From: Dehalococcoidia bacterium
GTDB taxonomy: Bacteria; Chloroflexota; Dehalococcoidia; Tepidiformales; Tepidiformaceae
Direction of reading: 5' to 3'
NCBI GenBank assembly: GCA_020432105.1
Contig: JAGQGZ010000001.1
Coordinates: forward strand, 1-55,163
Length of the DNA: 55,163 bases
A model generated the notes under the pieces. The model was not told where the DNA came from and made no database searches. It saw only the letters and a program-made list of their open reading frames with translations. Below, piece by piece: positions 36,577 to 44,421 of this stretch. The position numbers and the translations under genes were made by a program. The stretch's first letter is position 1, and every line of letters begins with the position of its first letter.

Positions 36577-37445
36577 GCTCCCGGCGTGTTCGCCACGAGG
36601 AACTTGAGGATTGCCTCGACCGTCTCGGGCGTGGTGGCCTGTCCATGTTCGGCGCCTTCCACGGGCAAGTAGGTGACGTTCGGCCGGCCTTCCGCGAGTT
36701 GTTTCCAGCCGGCAACGGGAAACACCGTGTCCCCGGTACCGTAGGGGATAAGCACGGGCATCTGGAGTTCACCGAAGCGGCCTGTGGCGTCGAAGTCGGC
36801 GTAGGCCTCGTACGTCCGGAGCTCGGAGGCGTACTTGGCGATCCGTTCATCGCGGGGCACGGTCGCCAGCTGGGCACGGATGGCGTCCGCTCTCTGCTTA
36901 CGCGCGGCCTCTTCCCCTGGCGATTCTGCCGGCCGTGTGGCCGCAAAGAGATTGAGGCCGACGGTGCCATGCTCCCGCCGGGCTTCATAGGCCGCTTCGG
37001 GCCCGTCGTTCTTGAGGATGCGGATGCGTTCCTTCAGCTTCGCCAGCACCTCCGAATCACGGGAAAGCCAGGGCGCGGACTCGGCAATCACAAGCGAGGA
37101 CGCGACTTCCGGATAGTCGAGGCCGAATTGGACCGTGATTGGGCCGCCGGCTGAAGTCCCCCAGACATGCGCACGGCTATGGCCAAGGTGCCGAAGCAGT
37201 TCCCGAACATCGGCGGCGAACTGGGGCATGGTGTGATCGCTCTCCGGGAAGCCTGAACGGCCGGAGGAGCGACGGTCGTAGAGGACTACCTGGAAATGCC
37301 GGGAGAACTGGTCGACCCAGGCTGGGATACTGCCACCCTGTCCAGTCCCCAGGCCACCGAATCCACCGTGGACGAACACGAGCGGAAATCCGGATCCATG
37401 TAGCTCGTAGTAGATTTCGGTGCCGTTGATCGGAGCGGTGGGCAT
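36573..37445 (-). CDS. alpha/beta hydrolase
   Basis: It begins MPTAPINGTEIYYELHGSGFPLVFVHGG and has the nucleophile elbow WGTSAGG and a C-terminal VEGAEHG. Confidence 0.8.
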   Translation of the reverse strand: MPTAPINGTEIYYELHGSGFPLVFVHGGFGGLGTGQGGSIPAWVDQFSRHFQVVLYDRRSSGRSGFPESDHTMPQFAADVRELLRHLGHSRAHVWGTSAGGPITVQFGLDYPEVASSLVIAESAPWLSRDSEVLAKLKERIRILKNDGPEAAYEARREHGTVGLNLFAATRPAESPGEEAARKQRADAIRAQLATVPRDERIAKYASELRTYEAYADFDATGRFGELQMPVLIPYGTGDTVFPVAGWKQLAEGRPNVTYLPVEGAEHGQATTPETVEAILKFLVANTPGA

Positions 37446-37527
37446 GCCAGGTACCTGCCGTTTGAGACTCCCGGTGTGGGGAGCCAATGCTAGGCCAGGT
37501 GTGCCGCCCGGGCGAGCACGCGGCGGT

Positions 37528-38676
37528 CTACGGGATGTTGGCTGTTGCGAGGATCCAGATCGGTGTACCGCTGGCGATCATCTCGAGATTATTGACGTAT
37601 CCGGGGACGGTGCCGGGCCTGAAATAGCGTTCCCACTGCGTGCCGTCCCAGTGATACACGGCCGTCCACTGGTTGCCGAGCTGGGCAAGGGCCGCCGACG
37701 TACCGTTGGAGGCGCCGCCGTAGGTTGTGAGGTTCCACCCCGCGGCGATGGGACCGAAGGGGGTGCTGCTGCCGCCACCGCCGGTTCCCGGTTTGGGCGT
37801 CGGCGTGTTTGTGGCCCCAGGCTTCGCCGTCGGCGTCTTCGTTGTGCTTGGAGAGGCCGTAGACGTATGCGTCGGAGCCGGGGTGGCCGTGCCAGTGGCT
37901 CCCGCCGGTACCGTTGGCGTCTTTGTTGCGGTTGGCGTGGCGGTGGCCGCCGGAGGCGATGTTGGCGTGCTCGTCGGTTGCGAGCCGCCACCGCCGACGC
38001 TCACCGTTCCGGTGAGGCCGGAAGTGAGCGACCGGTAGGCGAACGAACCGCCACTGGCGAAGGTGTGGGACCAGCTCTGCCCTGCGTAGATCCAGGCACT
38101 GTTGAAGAAATTGGGATCGGTGCCTGGCAACGTCGAGCTAACCGTTTGCGGTGTCGAGCTGTTGTTGGTCCAGGTCACGGTCTGGCCGGCGGAAATACTC
38201 ACCGTCTGCGGGACGAATCCCCCGCTGGTGATGCTCACGCTCCCGGCGCCGCCGCCCCCACCACCACCCTGTGGTGGCGTGCTGGTTGGAGTTGAGGTGG
38301 GCGATGAGCCACCGCCGCCAACCGTGACACTCCCGGTGAGGTTGGTGGTGAGTGACTTGTAGGCGAAGGTGCCGGCATTGGCGAAGGTGTGGGACCAGCT
38401 CTGGCCTGCATAGATCCAGGCGCTGTTGAAGAAGTCAGGGTCGCTGCCCGGGAGGGTCGAGCTAACGGTCTGAGGTGTCGGACTGTTGTTGGTCCAGGTG
38501 ACCGTCGTGCCCGTTCCAACACTGAGGCTCGATGGCGAGAAGCCGCCCGCTTCGATGCTGACGTCAGCTGTAGCCGCATGGGCGTGCTGCGGCGCCGGGA
38601 TGGTTGCGATAGCGATAAGCACCAGTCCCGCGAGGAACAGGCCACCGCTGAATGCCCGTGCTGGATACCGGCCCAT
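37528..38676 (-). CDS. secreted protein: two tandem cupredoxin-like domains lacking copper ligands, Pro/Thr/Gly linkers, small C-terminal domain
   Basis: The signal peptide ends AHA-ATAD. The two repeats are V39-G123 and V147-G231. The linker TSTPTSPPAATATPTATKTPT... is followed by the C-terminal FGPIAAGWNLTTYGG...WILATANIP. Confidence 0.75.
   Translation of the reverse strand: MGRYPARAFSGGLFLAGLVLIAIATIPAPQHAHAATADVSIEAGGFSPSSLSVGTGTTVTWTNNSPTPQTVSSTLPGSDPDFFNSAWIYAGQSWSHTFANAGTFAYKSLTTNLTGSVTVGGGGSSPTSTPTSTPPQGGGGGGGAGSVSITSGGFVPQTVSISAGQTVTWTNNSSTPQTVSSTLPGTDPNFFNSAWIYAGQSWSHTFASGGSFAYRSLTSGLTGTVSVGGGGSQPTSTPTSPPAATATPTATKTPTVPAGATGTATPAPTHTSTASPSTTKTPTAKPGATNTPTPKPGTGGGGSSTPFGPIAAGWNLTTYGGASNGTSAALAQLGNQWTAVYHWDGTQWERYFRPGTVPGYVNNLEMIASGTPIWILATANIP
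37984..38562 (-). repeat. intragenic tandem duplication, 324-nt period (two copies of ~255 nt plus linker)
   Basis: The protein repeats are ~75-80% identical by eye (TVTWTNNSPTPQTVSSTLPGSDPDFFNSAWIYAGQSWSHTFA vs TVTWTNNSSTPQTVSSTLPGTDPNFFNSAWIYAGQSWSHTFA). The DNA copies align with many synonymous differences. Confidence 0.85.
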
Positions 38677-38835
38677 ACAGGCAGATTCGACGGCAGTGGG
38701 TGTTCCGCGGGCGAATGGCCGGGGGCTGACCGGTGACGAATTGGCGGATTCAGGCCGCTGCCGGGCGACTGACCGGGGATTGACGGAGCGGGGTCAAGGT
38801 CTGCTACTCTCTCCGCCCATCGCGGAGGTGGCAGG

Positions 38836-40074
38836 GTGCTCAGTCCGTACAAAGTGCTTGATCTCTCGAACGAACGGGGCCAGCTGGCGGGCCAGATTCT
38901 CGGCGATCTCGGTGCCGATGTTGTGCTGGTTGAGCCCCCCGGTGGGTCTTCGTCGCGGCGGTACGGCCCCTATGCCGGCCAGGTGCCGGACCTGGAGGGT
39001 AGTCTCTTCTTCTGGGCCCTGAACCGGAACAAGCGCTCGATCACACTCAACCTTGAGACTGCCGAGGGTGTCGACCTCTTGAAGCGACTGGCGGCTGAAG
39101 CGGACTTCCTCTTCGAATCCTTCGACCCGGGCTACCTGGACTCCCTTGGCATTGGCTACCAGGCCCTGCGCGACGTGAATCCGCAACTGATCGTGGCTTC
39201 GGTCTCACCGTTCGGGCAGACGGGGCCGAAGGCGAACTGGCCCGCCAGCGACCTCACCGCCCTGGCATCCTCGGTGGCGCTGATGCTGACCGGCGACGAC
39301 GACCGGCCGCCTGTCCGGCTGGCCGTGCCCCAGTCCTTCTTCCATGCTTCGGGCGACGCGGCGGCGGGGGCACTGATCGCCCACTTCGCGCGGTTGCAGG
39401 ACGGGGAGGGCCAGCATGTCGATGCCTCGGCCCAGGCCTCGTCGATGATGGCCACGCAGTCATTCGTGCTTTCGCCTGCGTGGGGTGACATTCCCCTGAG
39501 CCGAACATCCGGCGGAGTGAAGCTGGGCCCCATTCTCCTGCGGTTTGTCCACGAGGCGGCGGATGGCTACGTGTCGGTGACCTTCCTCTTCGGCACTGCG
39601 CTTGGCCCGTTCACCCAGCGACTGATGGACCAGATGTTCGAGGAAGGATTCGTCGACGAGGCGACACGGTCGAAAAACTGGCTGAACTACGTCGACCTCC
39701 TGCTCTCCGGGCAGGAACCGATCCCGGAATTGCTGCGCTGCGTCGATGCCATTGGGGCATGGTGCAAGGCGCACACGAAACAGGAGCTCTTTCAGCTGTC
39801 GCTGCAAAAACAGCTACTCATCGTGCCTGTGGCCACGACCGAGGAGGTGGTGCACTCCCCCCAGTTGGAGGCGCGGGAGTTCTGGCAAGACGTGACCCAC
39901 CATGGCCCGGAACGGACGGTGAAGTACGCCGGCCCATTCGCGAAGTTCAGCGAGTCGCCTATCAGCTTTCGCCTGCCACCACCGCATATCGGCGAACACA
40001 ACGACGAGGTCTACGGGGCGCTGGGTTTGGACGAGACGATGCGACAGGGTCTGTTCGCGGAAGGGGTGATCTAG
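38836..40074 (+). CDS. family III CoA-transferase (CaiB/BaiF), type-1 member of the second two-gene module
   Basis: GGAGGTGG SD precedes the start. It has YKVLDLSNERGQLAGQILGDLGADVVLVEPPGGS. Confidence 0.85.
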   Translation: MLSPYKVLDLSNERGQLAGQILGDLGADVVLVEPPGGSSSRRYGPYAGQVPDLEGSLFFWALNRNKRSITLNLETAEGVDLLKRLAAEADFLFESFDPGYLDSLGIGYQALRDVNPQLIVASVSPFGQTGPKANWPASDLTALASSVALMLTGDDDRPPVRLAVPQSFFHASGDAAAGALIAHFARLQDGEGQHVDASAQASSMMATQSFVLSPAWGDIPLSRTSGGVKLGPILLRFVHEAADGYVSVTFLFGTALGPFTQRLMDQMFEEGFVDEATRSKNWLNYVDLLLSGQEPIPELLRCVDAIGAWCKAHTKQELFQLSLQKQLLIVPVATTEEVVHSPQLEAREFWQDVTHHGPERTVKYAGPFAKFSESPISFRLPPPHIGEHNDEVYGALGLDETMRQGLFAEGVI

Positions 40075-41289
40075 ATGACGGAAGCACCGCTCAAGGGCAT
40101 CCACGTCCTCGATTTCATGTGGGTCATGGCCGGTCCGGCCGCAACGCAGTATCTCTCGCAGTACGGGGCGACGCTCGTCCGGGTCGAAAGTGCCTCCCGG
40201 ATCGATACGGCACGGACCCTACAGCCATTCAAGGACGGGCAGTCCGGTCCCGAACGGTCGGGGCTCTACGCCAACCTGAACTACGGCAAGCTGAACCTCG
40301 CGCTCAACGTCACGAACCCGGCAGCCCGGCCGGTCCTCGACCGCCTTGTGCGCTGGGCCGACGTCATCACCGAGAGCTTCTCGCCGAAAGGGATGGCTTC
40401 GATGGGGATGGACTACGAAGCCTGCAAGAAGCTGAACCCCGGGGTCATCATGCTAAGCAGCTGCCTGAACGGGCATTACGGCCCTGAAGCCCAGCTGGCA
40501 GGTTTTGGGACGATGGGGGCGCAACTTGCCGGTTTTGGAGAGCTGGCGGGCTGGCCCGATCGGGCGCCGGCCGGTCCGTTTGGCGCCTACACCGACTACA
40601 TCGCACCGAAGTTCACGGTTGTCGCACTTCTTGCCGCCCTGGAATACCGGCGGCGAACCGGGAAAGGCCAGTACATCGATCTCTCACAGGCCGAGGCCTC
40701 CCAGCAGTTCCTCGGGCCCGCGCTTCTCGACTACACGGTGAACGGTGTGGTGGACAGCCGGGCCGGCAACACCTCGCAGGAATTCGCCCCCCACGGCGTG
40801 TATCCCTGCCGCGGCGAGGACGATTGGGTGGCCATCGTCTGCGAAACTGAAGACCAGTTCGCGGCGCTGGCAACGGCCACCGGTAACGCGGCCTGGGCGA
40901 CCGATCCTCGCTTTGCCACTCACGACGGGCGGTTGGCCAATCGCGACACCCTCGATGCCCTGCTCGGGGAGTGGACGGCCACGCGGACCCGGGATGAAGC
41001 GGAGTCACTGCTCATCGCGGCTGGCGTCCCCGCCCACCGTGTTTCTGGAGCTTCGGACCTGGCGACGGACCCCCAGTTGATGCACCGCGGCCACTTTGGG
41101 AAAGTCAGCAATGCCGAGCTCGGGGAAGTGACGGTGGAGACGTCGCGGATGAGACTCTCGCGCACTCCACAGGTGCCGCTGGCATCGACGCCGACGCTTG
41201 GTGAGCATAGCCAGGAGGTGCTTTCCGGCATGCTCGGATTCTCGGAGGACGAGATCGTGGAACTGGTCGCAGCCGGCGCCATCGAATAG
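40075..41289 (+). CDS. family III CoA-transferase (CaiB/BaiF), type-2 member of the second two-gene module
   Basis: Its ATG directly abuts the upstream TAG. It has IHVLDFMWVMAGPAATQYLSQYGATLVRVES. Confidence 0.85.
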   Translation: MTEAPLKGIHVLDFMWVMAGPAATQYLSQYGATLVRVESASRIDTARTLQPFKDGQSGPERSGLYANLNYGKLNLALNVTNPAARPVLDRLVRWADVITESFSPKGMASMGMDYEACKKLNPGVIMLSSCLNGHYGPEAQLAGFGTMGAQLAGFGELAGWPDRAPAGPFGAYTDYIAPKFTVVALLAALEYRRRTGKGQYIDLSQAEASQQFLGPALLDYTVNGVVDSRAGNTSQEFAPHGVYPCRGEDDWVAIVCETEDQFAALATATGNAAWATDPRFATHDGRLANRDTLDALLGEWTATRTRDEAESLLIAAGVPAHRVSGASDLATDPQLMHRGHFGKVSNAELGEVTVETSRMRLSRTPQVPLASTPTLGEHSQEVLSGMLGFSEDEIVELVAAGAIE

Positions 41290-41334
41290 TTAGCCAGGCA
41301 GTCGCCATTGACGGGTCTATGCGTGTAGATTCCG

Positions 41335-42657
41335 GTGCACATGGTAACTGAGGTGCCTGGTAGCCCGGTCGGGACCGCCGATGAGGTAGAGGCTCCACGG
41401 TTTTACTTCGGCTACTACCTCGTAGGCGCCGCGTTCATCGCCCAGTTCGTCTCAGTCGGTGCTCAGAACTACATCATCGGCGTGTTCCTGACGCCAATGA
41501 CCGCCGACCTCGGCTGGACCCGCCCCGAGTTCGTTATTGCCCGCACCATTGGCCAGGTGGCGATGGCGGTCATCGGCCTCTTCATCGGCGGGTACGTAGA
41601 CCGCGCCGGTGGGCGGCGGCTGATGACCATCGGGACCGTCATTCTTGGTGCTTCGCTCTTCGCGATGAGCTACGTGCAGGACCTGTGGCAGTGGTGGTTG
41701 CTCAATGGCATCGCCCTCACGGTGGGCTCGGCGATGGTCGGCAACCTCGTGGTCAATATCACGCTGTCGAAGTGGTTCGTCGAGAAGCGGGGCCGGATGA
41801 TCGGTACGGCCTCCATGGGCGTGTCTTCCGCCGGTGTCGTGCTCCCCTTCCTGATGACCGGTGTGGTCGAGGAGTGGGGATGGCGGGCAGGCTGGCGTTT
41901 CGCCTCAATCGGTGCCATGGTGCTGCTCTTCCCGATCGCCGCCCTCATGCGCCGCGCCCCGGAAGACTACGGACTCAATCCGGACGGGCTCACCGCGAGC
42001 CAGATCGCGGCTGGCGGGGGAAAGCTGGCGCAGGCGGATTTTGCGCACTCGATCACCCGGCGCCAGGCGCTGCGGATGCCCCAGTTCTACCTGCTGGTGC
42101 TGGCTTTCGGGATGTTCACGGTGTCGATCACGGTGATGCTGATCAACACCATTCCCTTCATGGAAGACGCCGGCTACAGCTCCCAACGGGCCTCGCTGAT
42201 GATCACGGTCACCTCGATCCCCGCCCTCGTCTCCAAGCCAATCTGGGGCATCTTCATGGATCGCGCCGAACCGAAGCGGCTTGTCTCCTTCAGCGCCACA
42301 GCGACGGGCGGGGCGCTGATGCTGATCGTCTATTCGGTGAGCGCCGGGATCGAGTGGCTGGTGCCCATCTCGTTCGTCCTCCTCGGTTCCGGCTGGGGTG
42401 GCCTGATCCCGCTGCAGGAGACGACGTGGGCCAGCTATTTCGGTCGCCGTTACATCGGTGCGGTGCGGAGCGCAGGGTTGCCCTTTTCGATTGCCCTCGG
42501 CGCTCTCGGGCCGCTCGTCGCGAACTTCTACTACGACGCGGTGGGCAACTACAACGGCGCCTTTATCACCGTTGGAATCTCGTGCCTGGTGTCGGCTGTC
42601 CTCATCCTCTTCGTGCGTCGCCCCGACCGTTCGGCGTTTGGCGCCCCTCCCGCTTAA
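41335..42657 (+). CDS. MFS transporter (12 TM)
   Basis: Hydrophobic periodicity runs throughout, with a GGYVDRAGGRR loop between TM2 and TM3 typical of MFS. Confidence 0.85.
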   Translation: MHMVTEVPGSPVGTADEVEAPRFYFGYYLVGAAFIAQFVSVGAQNYIIGVFLTPMTADLGWTRPEFVIARTIGQVAMAVIGLFIGGYVDRAGGRRLMTIGTVILGASLFAMSYVQDLWQWWLLNGIALTVGSAMVGNLVVNITLSKWFVEKRGRMIGTASMGVSSAGVVLPFLMTGVVEEWGWRAGWRFASIGAMVLLFPIAALMRRAPEDYGLNPDGLTASQIAAGGGKLAQADFAHSITRRQALRMPQFYLLVLAFGMFTVSITVMLINTIPFMEDAGYSSQRASLMITVTSIPALVSKPIWGIFMDRAEPKRLVSFSATATGGALMLIVYSVSAGIEWLVPISFVLLGSGWGGLIPLQETTWASYFGRRYIGAVRSAGLPFSIALGALGPLVANFYYDAVGNYNGAFITVGISCLVSAVLILFVRRPDRSAFGAPPA

Positions 42658-42688
42658 GCGAAGCTGGCGACCTGCGTAGACTCCTTGC

Positions 42689-43846
42689 ATGACCGATTTC
42701 AGTGCTTCCCGCACGCGGTTCTTCACGGAAAGCGTTATCCGCGAGATGACGCGGCTGGCTGCGATGCATGGCGCCATGAATCTTGCCCAGGGCTTCCCGG
42801 ACTTCCCGGCACCGGACTTTGTGAAGCAGGCGGCGGTCGACGCGATCAATGGCGATGTGAACCAGTACGCGATCACCTGGGGCTCGCTGCGACTGCGCCA
42901 GGCCATTGCCGACAAGATGGAGCGGCAGTACGGCCTGCTCATGGACCCCGACCGCGAGGTGACCGTCACCTGTGGAGCGACCGAGGCGATGATGGCCACG
43001 ATGCTTGCCTTCGTAGAGCCGGGCGACGAAGTCATCGTCTTCGAACCGTTCTACGAGAACTACGTGCCGGACGCGGCGATGAGTGGCGCACAGCTCGTCT
43101 TCGTGACACTCCAGGCCCCTGATTTCCGGTTCAGCGCCGACCAACTTCGGGCGGCTTTCTCATCGAAGACGAAGGCGATCATCGTCAACACACCGAATAA
43201 CCCCTGCGGCCGGGTATTCGACCGGGAAGAACTGCAGGTTATCGCTGATCTGTGTCAGGAGTTCGATGTCCTCTGCATCACCGACGAGATCTACGAACAC
43301 ATCCTCTATGTGGACAGGGGCCATGTTCCCATGGCGACGCTCCCGGGCATGTACGACCGCACAGTCACGATCAGCGGCCTGTCCAAGACGTTTAGCGTCA
43401 CCGGCTGGAGGCTGGGGTATTTGACGGCGGCGCCGGTCCTCAGCGAGAGCCTGCGAAAGGTGCATGACTTCCTGACCGTGGGGGCGCCCGCACCCCTGCA
43501 AGAGGCGGGTGCCGTGGCCATCGAGCAGGGCGAAAGCTACTACCCGGAGCTCCGTGCCCTGTACGAACGGAAGTGCGACTTTCTGCTTACTGCGCTCCTG
43601 GAGGCTGGTTTCAAGGCTCATCGGCCAGAGGGGGCGTACTACATCATGGCCGACTTCTCGGACCTCGGGTTTGATGGAAGCGACCGCGACTTTGCGCGGC
43701 ACATGATCGAACAGATTGGGGTGGCGCCCGTACCGGGTTCAAGCTTCTACCACGATGACCGGGCGGGGAGCCACCTGGTCCGCCTAACGTTCTCCAAGAG
43801 CGATGAGACGCTGGCCGAGGCTGCCCGGCGGATTAGCAGGCTCTAA
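42689..43846 (+). CDS. class I/II pyridoxal-phosphate-dependent aminotransferase
   Basis: It has INLAQGFPDFP-type N-terminal (MNLAQGFPDFPAP), NTPNNPCG and the PLP-lysine motif SGLSKTFSVTGWRLGY. Confidence 0.9.
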   Translation: MTDFSASRTRFFTESVIREMTRLAAMHGAMNLAQGFPDFPAPDFVKQAAVDAINGDVNQYAITWGSLRLRQAIADKMERQYGLLMDPDREVTVTCGATEAMMATMLAFVEPGDEVIVFEPFYENYVPDAAMSGAQLVFVTLQAPDFRFSADQLRAAFSSKTKAIIVNTPNNPCGRVFDREELQVIADLCQEFDVLCITDEIYEHILYVDRGHVPMATLPGMYDRTVTISGLSKTFSVTGWRLGYLTAAPVLSESLRKVHDFLTVGAPAPLQEAGAVAIEQGESYYPELRALYERKCDFLLTALLEAGFKAHRPEGAYYIMADFSDLGFDGSDRDFARHMIEQIGVAPVPGSSFYHDDRAGSHLVRLTFSKSDETLAEAARRISRL

Positions 43847-43888
43847 CCTGCGCTTCGACATAGGGTGCCGATTCGCTACGGTTGCTCG

Positions 43889-44380
43889 ATGCGATTCCTG
43901 AGCCTTGCTCTTGTTTCCCTTGTTGCCGTTGCGATGCTGGCGACCGCCTGCGGTGACGACGATGATCCCGATTCGACCGAGCCAACCGGTGACGGCGCGG
44001 ATGCAGGCCTGGGCTTCCCGCTTACGCCTCCCGACGATGCGGTAACCACGGCCTCAGGTCTGCAATATATCGACCTCCAGGCCGGGACGGGGCCGACACC
44101 GACGCACACGACGACGACGTCAGTGACGGTGCACTATCGCGGGTTGCTCCCGGATGGCACCCAGTTCGATAGCTCGTACGACCGTGGAACACCGGCCGAG
44201 TTTCAGCTTGGTGGCGTGATACCCGGGTTCGCCGAGGGAATTGCGACGATGAACACCGGTGGTCACCGGGTTCTTTATATCCCGGGCGAGCTCGCGTACG
44301 GCGCAGCGGGAAACCCCCGCGCGGGAATCGGCCCCAACCAGCCGCTCATCTTCGAGGTTGAGTTGATCGCTTCGAGCTAG
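43889..44380 (+). CDS. FKBP-type peptidyl-prolyl cis-trans isomerase, exported (possible lipoprotein)
   Basis: The signal is MRFLSLALVSLVAVAMLATAC-GDDDD. The FKBP core is VTVHYRGLLPDGTQFDSSYDRGTPAEFQLGGVIPGFAEG...LIFEVELI. Confidence 0.85.
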   Translation: MRFLSLALVSLVAVAMLATACGDDDDPDSTEPTGDGADAGLGFPLTPPDDAVTTASGLQYIDLQAGTGPTPTHTTTTSVTVHYRGLLPDGTQFDSSYDRGTPAEFQLGGVIPGFAEGIATMNTGGHRVLYIPGELAYGAAGNPRAGIGPNQPLIFEVELIASS

Positions 44381-44421
44381 GCCGGCCCGCTGAGACCAAC
44401 ATCTGACGTCTCACATGCTTC

